Below, piece after piece: positions 19,116 to 29,262 of a stretch of DNA of 64,000 bases. Positions within the stretch are counted from its first letter, which is position 1, and every line of letters starts with the position of its first letter. Origin of the DNA: Candidatus Atabeyarchaeum deiterrae (GTDB lineage: Archaea; Asgardarchaeota; Atabeyarchaeia; Atabeyarchaeales; Atabeyarchaeaceae); NCBI GenBank assembly GCA_037310415.1, contig CP147780.1, positions 192,001 to 256,000 of the forward strand. The letters run 5' to 3'. Below the pieces are notes generated by a model. It saw only the letters and a list, made by a program, of their open reading frames with translations. It ran no database searches and had not been told where the DNA came from. The translations under genes and the position numbers were made by a program.

Positions 19116-20504
19116 TCAACCTAAAATCAATTCCCGATAGCGCTTCAGTGACACTTTCTCTCCAAGGTTAGGCATCTCACCAAACTCAGCCACTACCAGC
19201 CCCCTCGTTCCGAAAGTTGAAGATACTATGCCTTTGACACCCCTTTCGGTGGTGATTCCCTCTCCTATGATCCTTTCTCCTCCGATCTTGCTCTTTGACA
19301 GACCTCCGATCAGTACGCTCCCCGCACGAAGGACCCTGGCAACGATACCAGTTTTCTCATCAAAGATACACAGTTGAGGCTGCGAGGGCAATCTTTCCAA
19401 GACAATGCCACTAGCGGCTATCCTTAGGGCTGTCGGCGACAAACTCAGCAATGAAAGCAGAATCTTATCTCCAGGCTCAGCGATTATTGGTTGCCGCGGT
19501 CTCAGATACATCTGGAACTCAACACCCCCCTGCGCAGACGTGATCATTTCCTTGTTCTCTTCAGACCGGTAAGGGTATACTTCTGCTTGAACCGATGACA
19601 TACCTACAGTCATATGCATGGCCAGTCCTGGTTTTACCTCGCGGTTGAAGAACCTGTTGATCTTAGCTTTGGCTATTATGTGACTAGTTGGCTTCAGGGA
19701 ACCAAGTAGACAAGCGTAGTATCCTCTGTGAACGGCTCTGTGATCAACGCCTTGCAGCGCCATGCCAACCCGATCACCAGCTTCAGCCATTTTCCTTGGT
19801 TCTTTAAATGTTTGAATCGATTTCACGCGGCTCCTGATGTTTGCAGGCGATATCTCAACCTCCTCATCCACCCTTATCGTTCCACGAACAATTGTACCTG
19901 TCACGACTGTTCCAACACCCTTTATTGGAAAAGCATGGTCTATGACCATTCTGAACTTGCCCAGAGGATCTCTTTTCGGAATAGTTAGTATCGACAAAAG
20001 AAGATCTTTCAGCTCTGAAATCCCTGAGCTTCTCAGAGACGAAACAGGCGCGATAGGTGCATTTCTGAACCTGGAATCAGATAGTATGTTTTGGATTGAT
20101 TCTTTGACTGCGGTCACCTTTGTTTCATTTACGAGGTCAATTTTAGTCAAAGCAACTAGTACACTCTGTATTTCCAAGCTCTCTAATAGGACCAAGTGTT
20201 CACCCGTCTGTGTCTGAGGGCCTTGCGTTGCAGACACAACAAGTATTGCAGAGTCGATTATACTCGCACCACTCACTGCGGTTCTTATCAGGTCTGCATG
20301 TCCCGGAACGTCCACTAGGGTTACCAAGTAATTGGCCAACGTGAATGCTGTGAAGCCTATGTCGATGCTCATTTGCCTTCTCTTTGCTTCTGGATGTCTA
20401 TCCAAACCGGCAGTCGAGACTTTCTCGCTTAGTGCTCTCGCTAGTTCGGTTTTACCATGATCAACGTGACCGAACAGTCCCACGTGTACGGAGGTTAATC
20501 CCAG
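19116..20504 (-). CDS. selB: Selenocysteine-specific elongation factor (archaeal/eEFSec type); probable CTG start
   Basis: GHVDHGKT, SIDIGF, DVPGHADL, QTGEH, TKID and IDHAF.IKG.GTV.TGT motifs; domain IV motif FGTRG. Confidence 0.92.
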   Translation of the reverse strand: MGLTSVHVGLFGHVDHGKTELARALSEKVSTAGLDRHPEAKRRQMSIDIGFTAFTLANYLVTLVDVPGHADLIRTAVSGASIIDSAILVVSATQGPQTQTGEHLVLLESLEIQSVLVALTKIDLVNETKVTAVKESIQNILSDSRFRNAPIAPVSSLRSSGISELKDLLLSILTIPKRDPLGKFRMVIDHAFPIKGVGTVVTGTIVRGTIRVDEEVEISPANIRSRVKSIQTFKEPRKMAEAGDRVGMALQGVDHRAVHRGYYACLLGSLKPTSHIIAKAKINRFFNREVKPGLAMHMTVGMSSVQAEVYPYRSEENKEMITSAQGGVEFQMYLRPRQPIIAEPGDKILLSLLSLSPTALRIAASGIVLERLPSQPQLCIFDEKTGIVARVLRAGSVLIGGLSKSKIGGERIIGEGITTERGVKGIVSSTFGTRGLVVAEFGEMPNLGEKVSLKRYRELILG

Positions 20505-20540
20505 ATTGTTTTCCCTCCTCGACTACGAGTTTGGTCTTGC

Positions 20541-21641
20541 TCAATGGAAATCGGAGGAAGATACTGACTTTAGAACTTGCTTATAGTAATTCGGTACCCT
20601 TGTCAGCGTTACCTGGTAAGTTTTGCCCCTAGCGTCATTGACTTCCTCCAAGTTACCTTCGACGAGTACTTTCTCTCCCACATCTGCTTGTCCTCTAAAC
20701 TCCTCAACAAACGAATTGATTTTTTCTATGGGACCATAGTGTGGTCCACTGATGAGTTTTATCACTTCAATAGTGTAGATTGATGGAATGAAAAATGAAT
20801 CTGAGTCATCCAGAATCTCAGCAATTGCTCTTACCCAACCTACACTCCTAATCCGAGCGCCTGAGCCATATTCTTCGTTGATTTCACTCCATCCCCTTAC
20901 AGGTTCAAATTCTACCTTAAAGTCTCTCCCAACGTTAGGTGGCTTGTATATCGAATATATCATCTTTTGTTTTGATCGTTCGCAGAACTCTTTCAGGGAA
21001 ATATCTCTGAAGAACCAGTGTCTACCTTCTGCCCATTCCGTCCAATAGTCAAATTCGTTAATAAGATTCAGGCTCTGGTCGCGGTATATTTCTCTTAACG
21101 TGTCTCTCAGAATCTTGGTGGCCTTTCTCCCATAGATTACGAGGTCGATGTCGCTAAAGTCAACGTGATAGAAGTCATGTAGCATTGATCCGAATACACC
21201 GAAATCTGATACATGGAGACTAGAGTGCTCAGTGAGGATGTCCAAGACATCTTGTAAGGAATGCAGCAACTTATCCCCGTGTATCTGGCTTCTTTCTAGA
21301 AGTGAGACGAGTTTTTCTTCGGGTTTTCGCAATTCTGTTATTTGGTCTGATGTTAGTCCAACCAGTCTTCTCTGAAGTGGTTCGTAGTTCAATTGATACT
21401 GAGGGTAGTTCTTCGCTACGAATCTGAGACCACCATCTACAAAAAACTTGTAGTAGTTCCCCGACGATGACTTGCGAATAGAACGAGGATCGTCCGTGCG
21501 ATAGATTTCCTCTGGGGCATATTCAACGTCACATACACATCCTTTTGGAGGATGTTGGTACCCATAAACTCGGAATATGAGCCCTTCTTTCGTAACAGGG
21601 GAGTCTCTATCTCTCACTCTAAAGTTTTTCCGTCTGACCAT
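20541..21641 (-). CDS. Predicted nucleotidyltransferase (COG1665-like), second paralog
   Basis: RDRD...EGLIFRVYGYQHP; GVFGSMLH...SDIDLVIYG. Confidence 0.8.
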   Translation of the reverse strand: MVRRKNFRVRDRDSPVTKEGLIFRVYGYQHPPKGCVCDVEYAPEEIYRTDDPRSIRKSSSGNYYKFFVDGGLRFVAKNYPQYQLNYEPLQRRLVGLTSDQITELRKPEEKLVSLLERSQIHGDKLLHSLQDVLDILTEHSSLHVSDFGVFGSMLHDFYHVDFSDIDLVIYGRKATKILRDTLREIYRDQSLNLINEFDYWTEWAEGRHWFFRDISLKEFCERSKQKMIYSIYKPPNVGRDFKVEFEPVRGWSEINEEYGSGARIRSVGWVRAIAEILDDSDSFFIPSIYTIEVIKLISGPHYGPIEKINSFVEEFRGQADVGEKVLVEGNLEEVNDARGKTYQVTLTRVPNYYKQVLKSVSSSDFH

Positions 21642-21664
21642 CTTCGATTGGATCTCGATAATTG

Positions 21665-22060
21665 CTACTCCCCTTCAAATCCATTTGATTCAATTCTTCT
21701 GAGGATCTTTGGTTTGGGAGCATTCATCGCGTCGATGACCATTCTCAGGTAGTTTTCCTGCTTACTCGTATTATACAATACTGTCGCAGATCTGGGGGCG
21801 ATTCTCTCTACTGGGACACCAGAGTTGTCTGGCTTCAGCTTACCCTTTGCATAAACAGCATAGACGCATCTCGATCCTTTGAATGAGTCGTCAACCCCCT
21901 CGTAAAGCATCTTCGATGGGTTGCGATTCCCCATGCTCTCAGGCATTTTTCTTTGACCGCATCGACAAAACCCGCAGAAAGGGACACATAACTCGTCTTT
22001 CTGATCCAAGTTCAACCCCACCTGGTTCCCTCGGCCCTTCAAGCTGGGGTCGCTTTCCAT
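21665..22060 (-). CDS. Hypothetical Cys-containing protein, possibly degenerate
   Basis: CVPFCGFCRCGQR N-terminal cluster; later positions look like eroded Cys motifs. Confidence 0.4.
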   Translation of the reverse strand: MESDPSLKGRGNQVGLNLDQKDELCVPFCGFCRCGQRKMPESMGNRNPSKMLYEGVDDSFKGSRCVYAVYAKGKLKPDNSGVPVERIAPRSATVLYNTSKQENYLRMVIDAMNAPKPKILRRIESNGFEGE

Positions 22061-22135
22061 GCAGATTCGAGGCTAGCTACTTTTCGCTAATAATATAGGT
22101 TTTTCTAACACCAGAAAAACACGCAACGACTGTGA

Positions 22136-22900
22136 TCATTTTGTCGGCAAGAGAAACTTCTTGAGAAAGTCAACCCCAAACTCTGTGACCATTAGTCTGT
22201 CTTCAAGTTTCTTTTTCTCTTCAGTGTAGTCCTTGTCAGGAAGTTCTCCAACTGCCTGCTTCGCTGACAGAATATCTAGTCGCTTCTTAACAGAGTTTCT
22301 TTCAATGCCTAGGAGATTGACCCACTCCTTGAGGTTGTTGGTGTCAGTAATTATCATGTTTTCAAGGTCCCGCTTTTTCAGCTGGTACTCTCTGCTTAGA
22401 GATTTGTAGGCTTCGTCAGTGATCTGCTTCGCTGATCGCAATTTCTCCAGTTTGCCGATTTTCTCTCTGAGTTCGTCTAGCTGTGTCTTGTCTTGTTCAA
22501 ATGGGAATGCCTTCTTCTTGTCTTCGAGCTGGGTTCTCTGCTCTTTGAGCGATGTGTTCTCATCTCTTATCTTCGTTATGCGTTCCTTGTATTCGCTTGG
22601 CGGAATGTCAGCATTTTTCAGTAGGGAATCCATCTCAGCAACTTCTTCCTTGAAAGCTTTCTGTTTACTTTCAATCGATCCAAGCTGAACTCGGATGTCG
22701 ATCTGCTCAAGCACATCCTCTGGAACTGCTGATTGCGCAGAAGTCTCTTCCTCAAATCCGGGTGCTGAGGATTTTCCTTTAATCAAACGACCACAGTACC
22801 TACAGAAGTTCTCATTTCCCTTGACCGGAGTCCCGCAGTACGGGCAAGAAAGTCTAGTCTCCAATTGGCAACACCAAGTCCGAACTCTCCTAAGTTCCAT
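22136..22900 (-). CDS. Zinc-ribbon plus coiled-coil protein
   Basis: CPYCG..FCRYCG, then coiled coil with three short repeats (IPPSEYKE, ITDEAYKS, LPDKDYTE). Confidence 0.7.
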   Translation of the reverse strand: MELRRVRTWCCQLETRLSCPYCGTPVKGNENFCRYCGRLIKGKSSAPGFEEETSAQSAVPEDVLEQIDIRVQLGSIESKQKAFKEEVAEMDSLLKNADIPPSEYKERITKIRDENTSLKEQRTQLEDKKKAFPFEQDKTQLDELREKIGKLEKLRSAKQITDEAYKSLSREYQLKKRDLENMIITDTNNLKEWVNLLGIERNSVKKRLDILSAKQAVGELPDKDYTEEKKKLEDRLMVTEFGVDFLKKFLLPTK

Positions 22901-23027
22901 ATTAGTCCAAATCTGTGAATAAGGATAACGGTGTTCTCAACACTCAAGACAACTATAAGTAAAATTTTTGATCCATCTTAGTAAACGGACTTACTTCACG
23001 TATCTCAAGTAGGTCGATCAGTATAAG

Positions 23028-23354
23028 CTACTTCATAACGCTCCTGACCTGCGAAATGGCCTTCTCAAACGAATCTTTGTCTTTCACTATAGGCAAGTCG
23101 AAGTACGATGCTAATCCTTCCACGATCTCTTTAATCAAGTACATTATGGCATCTTTTGAGCTCAGTTCCTTTTTGTCGATTGTCCCATCAGGAGTTATGA
23201 AGGACACTTCTAACCACTTGTCTCCCGAAGGGTTAGTCGGAAACATTGTGTAGACGTAGTCCTCTGTGAACGTTATTATACTTGGAGGAGATCCGTATGC
23301 CTTCTGTAGAATGTTCAACATCTCTTGAGCGTTCTTGGATTTGTCTGTCGGCAT
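23028..23354 (-). CDS. Hypothetical protein (108 aa)
   Basis: ORF with GGGGAG RBS and plausible composition. Confidence 0.6.
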   Translation of the reverse strand: MPTDKSKNAQEMLNILQKAYGSPPSIITFTEDYVYTMFPTNPSGDKWLEVSFITPDGTIDKKELSSKDAIMYLIKEIVEGLASYFDLPIVKDKDSFEKAISQVRSVMK

Positions 23355-23529
23355 TTCAACAACACTCCCCGATTATGCAGCTGTCATATCCTCTTTGGCG
23401 TTTCATTCTTACCTTGCACTATGATTTCCTAGTAGCACAGATGCTATTTATAAATAGTCATAAAGAAGGCGCTCGGCGAAATGGAGCTTGAGAGATTCGT
23501 AAACCAACTAATCCGTTTCGAAGGTAAGT

Positions 23530-24162
23530 CTACATTTTCCTCCACTCAAAAATCAGATAGTTCACAATGCCTGAGGGAGGAATCGTTGCTATTATGAACT
23601 TCTTTCTCACCGTGGTTGCCAGTCTTCCTGCTCTCACTGTTTCTATTGGGTTGATTGTCGTGCCTTTTGGTAGAGCATGGACTATGAAGGGTGCGTGATC
23701 TATTCCTGGACCGTGCTGGTAGACTCCAAAGTCTGCACCGAACTTCAGTCCCGGTCTAACCACATAGCCTCTTTCCCTAAGATCTTTGTAGACAACGTAT
23801 TTATCATCAAATTCGAAGTAGACTTTTGTTGCATAATCCTGCAGCTCTCGGGCAGTCATCTGATTCTTTGTCTTGCTGTTTATCAGTTTTATTCTCTCTT
23901 TCTCGAGCAGGTAGAGAGCTTCAAGAAGTGAGAGCTCGACTGGGCACGTAAAGTCGAATGTCTTCGGCTTTCTTATTGAGATCGGCTGTCCGTAATAACC
24001 TTCCTTGTAGAGTTTTGATCCTTCTTTTGGATTCCACACTACGATGTGTGCCCCAATCAATTCGGCGGTAACCGGCTCGGTAAGCGCTTTCTCCTTCGAG
24101 ACTTTCTGCGCATCTTCCTTGGACAAATCACCGTGCCAAGATGTTTCGGTTGATCCTGTCAT
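23530..24162 (-). CDS. endA: tRNA-intron endonuclease, catalytic subunit
   Basis: VYKDLRERGY.VRPGLKFGADFGVY..GPGIDHA...TVRKK contains the Tyr/His/Lys triad. Confidence 0.92.
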   Translation of the reverse strand: MTGSTETSWHGDLSKEDAQKVSKEKALTEPVTAELIGAHIVVWNPKEGSKLYKEGYYGQPISIRKPKTFDFTCPVELSLLEALYLLEKERIKLINSKTKNQMTARELQDYATKVYFEFDDKYVVYKDLRERGYVVRPGLKFGADFGVYQHGPGIDHAPFIVHALPKGTTINPIETVRAGRLATTVRKKFIIATIPPSGIVNYLIFEWRKM

Positions 24163-24242
24163 TAGACTGTCACCAATATATTGGCTAGTGTAGATACCCT
24201 GATCTGCCATATGCCCTGAGATAGTTGGAGTGGGATTTCGCC

Positions 24243-24920
24243 TCATTTGCTTCTTGACATCGCAACTATTCGTATCGCGTCTGCTGCCCGTTCAGCCGTA
24301 TCTGCCATCTCTTCAAAATGAGCTATTAATTCTTTCAGCATTATGAGGGTTCTCGGTTCCATCTTCGACATGTAAGAGGAACGACCTATTCGTCTCTGTA
24401 CTATGTCCGCCTCTTTTTCAAGAGCATCAACTTCATCTGCCAGTTCTATAGCCTTGCTGGGGTTCTGTGTTAACATGAATATTGAAAGCCGAAGTTTATC
24501 CGTAGCCATGATGAGTTTCTCCACGAGCAATTGCATCTCTTTTCTCAAGTTTATGTCTGGCTTCCAATCTTGAATGGCTAGAATGCGAAATCCGGTGCCT
24601 TCAGCCACGTCGGCTATTTCATCAACCACAAGCGCTAGCCGCATTAGGTCTTCTCGGTTAACCATAGTGGTTGCCTTTGATAGTTGGTCAAGCAATTCAT
24701 GCTTCAGTTCGTTGGCATCACTCTCAATTCTTGATATTCTGTCAAGCCTCTCTTCAGCCTCCTTGTAGTCGCCCTCAACCCAGTCATCGTATAGGAGGCT
24801 GAGCTCTTTGACAACCGAAACAATTTTGCGGCAGTGATCCTGAGCAATGTCAATAGCTTTTTGCTCTGCTGAAGCATCATAAGGATCAATTGTCGACGTA
24901 GCTAGCTCCACCTCAATCAA
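24243..24920 (-). CDS. DUF47/PhoU-like phosphate transport regulator
   Basis: IESDAN..REDL..VDEIAD and LEKEAD..EEMADTAERAAD repeats. Confidence 0.85.
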   Translation of the reverse strand: MIEVELATSTIDPYDASAEQKAIDIAQDHCRKIVSVVKELSLLYDDWVEGDYKEAEERLDRISRIESDANELKHELLDQLSKATTMVNREDLMRLALVVDEIADVAEGTGFRILAIQDWKPDINLRKEMQLLVEKLIMATDKLRLSIFMLTQNPSKAIELADEVDALEKEADIVQRRIGRSSYMSKMEPRTLIMLKELIAHFEEMADTAERAADAIRIVAMSRSK

Positions 24921-24997
24921 TCTAAGTTAAAATAACAGCATAACATGGACACTTAATAATTTGTCGCTCACCGAGACGTGTTCATTGAATCAGCTAT

Positions 24998-25762
24998 TCA
25001 CGTTTTCCAGAGATATTCAAAGTAGTTGTTTGCGATGACTGCTAGTCCGATATGCTTAGCCCAGATCCCTATGTTAATCACGTTATCTCCTTTTGTAGTC
25101 TGCTCAGTGAGTATAATCATGGCTTCACGCCCATCAATGATCGCTCCACCTCCATATAGAGATTCTCGAACCCGCGTTTCTGCAAGTTCGCTTAGTCTTG
25201 AAATGGTTCTTGAATCAATCTTTGACGTGAGCAACCTTACTTTCACATTTGATGATCTCAATCTGCCCAAAACTGGGAAAAACACTGAGAATTCCCTATT
25301 TCCAAAGTTCGGCAGTGCTAGCAAAATGTACTTCTCAGCTTTCTGAATACTTTCCTCTATCTTCTTCAGCACGTTATCTTCGCCGTAAAGAATATAAACC
25401 TCAGGTCTCTCAGACTTGCCGCCCCGCTCATAGACGGGTTGAAGATCAGCTATCACTTCCTTTTCCAACTCTTCGATTCGTCCCTGAATTTCGAGTTTTG
25501 CAGCGCGAACGGCTCCAAGAGGTGGTTTGGGCGCATACTTGGTTGGTTTGGATTTCTGGGATTCTATCCAGCCTTTCCTCTCAAGTCTGCCTAGAACATC
25601 GTAAATCCTGCTGTATGGAACTTCAGTTAGTTGACTCAACTCGATCGCTGTTGTAGTTCCTTTGCTAACCAAGGCTATGTAGATTCTTGACTCGTACTCC
25701 GTTAAGCCAAGCTCATGCAGAGCACCGTAGACTCTTGAGTCAAAGCTGAATTCGATCCCCAT
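24998..25762 (-). CDS. TrmB-family transcriptional regulator
   Basis: LGLTEYESRIY...VPYSRIYDVL..LERKGWI. Confidence 0.9.
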   Translation of the reverse strand: MGIEFSFDSRVYGALHELGLTEYESRIYIALVSKGTTTAIELSQLTEVPYSRIYDVLGRLERKGWIESQKSKPTKYAPKPPLGAVRAAKLEIQGRIEELEKEVIADLQPVYERGGKSERPEVYILYGEDNVLKKIEESIQKAEKYILLALPNFGNREFSVFFPVLGRLRSSNVKVRLLTSKIDSRTISRLSELAETRVRESLYGGGAIIDGREAMIILTEQTTKGDNVINIGIWAKHIGLAVIANNYFEYLWKT

Positions 25763-25837
25763 CTAATCAACTCCTACCATCCTTCAGATCAATTAAGATC
25801 TAGTATAATATGTTGCACACTAATTAATAGTAGCGTT

Positions 25838-26326
25838 TCAGGGATACTTCGAGCGATCCAATGGTTTCAGCCCTGCTTTCAGGTGAGCTTCAATAATGGT
25901 TCGGACTGCTCTATTCAAGTTAGTCCCCAAATAGGCTAAGTGACTTGAGCATGAGCAGTCGCTTGAGCCAAACCAGTCTATGCGATGAAGAACCTCGGCC
26001 GATTCGTTTAGCAACATTGCGACTTCACACTCCTTGCGCTTTTCCAGAGTCGCTGATGTTACTACGCGCTTTACCTCAACGTCAGGACGGTCAAGAAGGT
26101 AGTCAATGTGCCACCTGATCTTCTTCTGCTCTGATCTTAGGTGGCGGGAGATCCTGTTTCTCAGGTTGGTACTACCCTTGCCCATAGCCGAACCGGTATA
26201 TCCACAGAGACCCGAGAACTTGAGTTCGCCTAGCCTGCCGACTTTCACTTGAATTAGCGCACATATTTTGATTAGTAGGGTATAGATTCCTTTGTCGTCG
26301 GATAGGCAATTCGACTCGACAGACAT
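25838..26326 (-). CDS. GIY-YIG/DUF123 family nuclease
   Basis: GIYTL..YTGSA..RISRH..WHIDYL..FGSSDC.C.SHL. Confidence 0.85.
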   Translation of the reverse strand: MSVESNCLSDDKGIYTLLIKICALIQVKVGRLGELKFSGLCGYTGSAMGKGSTNLRNRISRHLRSEQKKIRWHIDYLLDRPDVEVKRVVTSATLEKRKECEVAMLLNESAEVLHRIDWFGSSDCSCSSHLAYLGTNLNRAVRTIIEAHLKAGLKPLDRSKYP

Positions 26327-26510
26327 ATTCTCTCTCCCCTTGAAGACAGGTCTTTTTATCTTAGAAAGATGCTCATAAACCTGATATAAAGGATAACTGG
26401 CTTCAGTAGTGCTAACGACGAGAATTTGATCGAAAGGTTATTCTGCGAGTGGCCATATTTCTTACAATTGGACGTTTCATGATCTTGCGCTATTAGGGGA
26501 CACGCGAGAA

Positions 26511-26996
26511 ATGGCATGCACATATTCCAGTGTAGAGATCCAAAGAAGCCCTGAACTCAGAGTTCTGAAGAAATGCATGTTCTTTGATAAACCATGCGCA
26601 GAGATCCGAGCAGCTAAAAAGTGTCCGTTGATAAATCGAGCAACACGTCCTGCAGAGAGACCTACACCAACCTCCGGTCGTCAGACAGGTTACAGTGATG
26701 TTTTAAACGAAGAGCTTCAGAAGTTTGAGTCAATTCCTGCTGTCGGCGGAGAATTCAAGTCAGGCGAAGAAGCTGCAGCAAGAGCTGGTCGAGCAGCTGA
26801 AAAGCCACAAGTCACAAGGGGACCAAGTGACGCTGAATTGCTGGAAGCAGAACTATCAGACTTCATGGACAAGTTTGGAGCCAAGTCAGAGAAAATGGCC
26901 GAGGAAGCAGCAGGAAGACCACCAGTCACAGAAACAAAGCGAAGCAGCACAAAGACCCAAACTGCGGCAAGGAGAAAGCAAGCAGAAGGGGTATAG
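26511..26996 (+). CDS. Hypothetical protein: 4-Cys N-domain plus low-complexity tail
   Basis: Four Cys in the first ~40 aa, then a disordered region with two acidic helical motifs. Confidence 0.6.
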   Translation: MACTYSSVEIQRSPELRVLKKCMFFDKPCAEIRAAKKCPLINRATRPAERPTPTSGRQTGYSDVLNEELQKFESIPAVGGEFKSGEEAAARAGRAAEKPQVTRGPSDAELLEAELSDFMDKFGAKSEKMAEEAAGRPPVTETKRSSTKTQTAARRKQAEGV

Positions 26997-27164
26997 AGCC
27001 ATAAACTGATGGCAGCCCTACATCAATGGTCGATATCAATTTGCTCGGTTATCCGCCAGCTGACTGTGAAATAGTGTTACTTGAACTGTCGCATAGGGGG
27101 TTTATGTCGATTGAGACGTGAGTCCAAACAAACTGCCGAGTATGAAGGATCACATGAAGAAACC

Positions 27165-28829
27165 ATGAGAACGCATGGTCCGCGAGTCATTAGAGCAAAT
27201 AGAGGAAACAGATTGGAGTGCAAAGGATGGCAACAGGAAGCTGCCCTCAGAATGCTTCAGAACAACCTAGATCCAGATGTGGCGAAGGATCCAGACAACC
27301 TGGTTGTCTACGGAGGAGCGGGAAAAGCAGCCAGAAACTGGGAGTGTTTTGACAATATTGTCGAGTCTCTTAAGCTACTGGAAAATGATGAGACCTTACT
27401 GATCCAGTCTGGCAAGCCTGTCGGAATACTTGAAACGCATGAGGATGCTCCGCGAGTTCTCATATCGAACGCAATGTTGGTTCCAAAGTGGGCAACCCTG
27501 GATGAGTTCAGAAGACTGGAGCAACTTGGATTGACAATGTACGGGCAGATGACTGCTGGAAGCTGGATATATATTGGGACTCAGGGAATACTCCAAGGAA
27601 CCTACGAAACGTTTGCAGCCTTAGGTAAGAAGCATTTCGGTGGAAGTCTGAAGGGTAAGCTAGTGCTCTCCGCGGGTCTGGGTGAGATGGGTGGAGCACA
27701 ACCACTCGCAGTCACAATGAATGAAGGAGTGGCTCTCGTAGTTGAGGTTGACAAGAACCATATTGAAAGAAGAATTAAGAAACAGTACTGCGACACGATG
27801 GTAGAGGGCATTGATGAAGCCATCTCAATTGCAGAGGAAGCTCTTGAGAAGAAAGAAGCGAGATCAATAGGGTTGCTCGGCAATGCAGCAGAAGTTCACC
27901 CAAAACTACTTGAAATGGGCATCAGGCCCGATGTGGTGACTGATCAGACAGCAGCACATGACCCACTGAACGGATACATACCAATGGAGATGAATCTTGA
28001 ACAAGCGACCGAACTAAGACGAGAAAACCCCGAAGAGTACATTAGGAAAGCTAAGATGTCGATGGCGACACAGGTCAAAGCCATGCTGGAGTTTCAGCGG
28101 AGGGGAAGTATAGTTTTCGATTACGGCAACAACATTCGGCAGCAAGCCCGCGATGAAGGCATCGAAGATGCATTCAAGATACCCGGATTTGTGCAGGCGT
28201 ACGTGCGCCCATTATTCTGTGAGGGCAGAGGTCCCTTCAGATGGGTCGCGCTTTCGGGTGATCCTGGAGACATCCACAGGCTCGACGACGTAGTTGCCAA
28301 GGAGTTTGCTTACAATGAAGGACTCGTGAGGTGGATCAAACTCGCAAGAGAGAAGGTCCAATTCCAAGGTCTGCCTGCCAGGGTATGCTGGCTGGGACTT
28401 GGTGAAAGAGCTAGATTCGGAAAGATAATCAATGACATGGTCAGAAAGAAGCAGCTCAGAGGTCCAATCGTGATAGGCAGAGACCACCTAGACTCAGGTT
28501 CAGTAGCATCACCTAACCGTGAGACGGAAGGAATGATTGACGGCAGTGACGCGATCGCTGATTGGCCGATCCTTAACGCGTTACTTAATGCTGTCAGTGG
28601 CGCTACATGGGTGTCAGTTCACCACGGTGGCGGAGTCGGTATAGGTTATTCTATTCATGCTGGCATGGTTATTGTGGCTGATGGAACCAAGGAAGCGGAA
28701 AAGAGACTAGAGAGAGTATTGACGGCTGACCCGTGGACTGGAGTAATACGACACGCCGATGCAGGATACCAAGACGCAATAAAAACGGCGCGGAGATTCA
28801 AACTCAAAGTTCCGATGCTTAAGGAATAA
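27165..28829 (+). CDS. hutU: Urocanate hydratase
   Basis: [36 protein letters not shown] and HHGGGVG motifs. Confidence 0.97.
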   Translation: MRTHGPRVIRANRGNRLECKGWQQEAALRMLQNNLDPDVAKDPDNLVVYGGAGKAARNWECFDNIVESLKLLENDETLLIQSGKPVGILETHEDAPRVLISNAMLVPKWATLDEFRRLEQLGLTMYGQMTAGSWIYIGTQGILQGTYETFAALGKKHFGGSLKGKLVLSAGLGEMGGAQPLAVTMNEGVALVVEVDKNHIERRIKKQYCDTMVEGIDEAISIAEEALEKKEARSIGLLGNAAEVHPKLLEMGIRPDVVTDQTAAHDPLNGYIPMEMNLEQATELRRENPEEYIRKAKMSMATQVKAMLEFQRRGSIVFDYGNNIRQQARDEGIEDAFKIPGFVQAYVRPLFCEGRGPFRWVALSGDPGDIHRLDDVVAKEFAYNEGLVRWIKLAREKVQFQGLPARVCWLGLGERARFGKIINDMVRKKQLRGPIVIGRDHLDSGSVASPNRETEGMIDGSDAIADWPILNALLNAVSGATWVSVHHGGGVGIGYSIHAGMVIVADGTKEAEKRLERVLTADPWTGVIRHADAGYQDAIKTARRFKLKVPMLKE

Positions 28830-28853
28830 GCTGGTACAAGGGAAAATTGGACC

Positions 28854-29162
28854 CTAGATCTTGCTCAGTACAGAGTCCACTTTCCCTCTCATTCTTTCAC
28901 CAGACACGTCTCTTCTATCATCTATCTTGATGATGGTGCTCACTCGCTTGGCACCAGCCTTGAACAGGGCTTCGTGGGCTTCCTTAACCAAGCTCAGAAG
29001 TTTGTCGAGCGAATCAGTCTCAATTATCGTCCCCATGGGCGTTAGTTGCCACTTCACTCCCTTTGTTTGTTTGATCACTTTTAGAGCCTCAGCGATATAG
29101 GTAGACAACTCCGTGGAACTTGTTCCGAGCGGAGCAACTGACAACTCAGCCATGACTGTCAA
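28854..29162 (-). CDS. MTH1187-family thiamine-binding protein
   Basis: AELSVAPLG...LTPMGTIIE...RVSTIIKIDDRRD. Confidence 0.9.
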   Translation of the reverse strand: MTVMAELSVAPLGTSSTELSTYIAEALKVIKQTKGVKWQLTPMGTIIETDSLDKLLSLVKEAHEALFKAGAKRVSTIIKIDDRRDVSGERMRGKVDSVLSKI

Positions 29163-29262
29163 GGTTCATCTTATCCTCCAATCTGAGCACAAGTCGATTT
29201 CTCTTCTCTCAGAGAGTTATTTAAGCTGTTTCAACCCTTTTTATGATTTTGGTGTCCAACCA

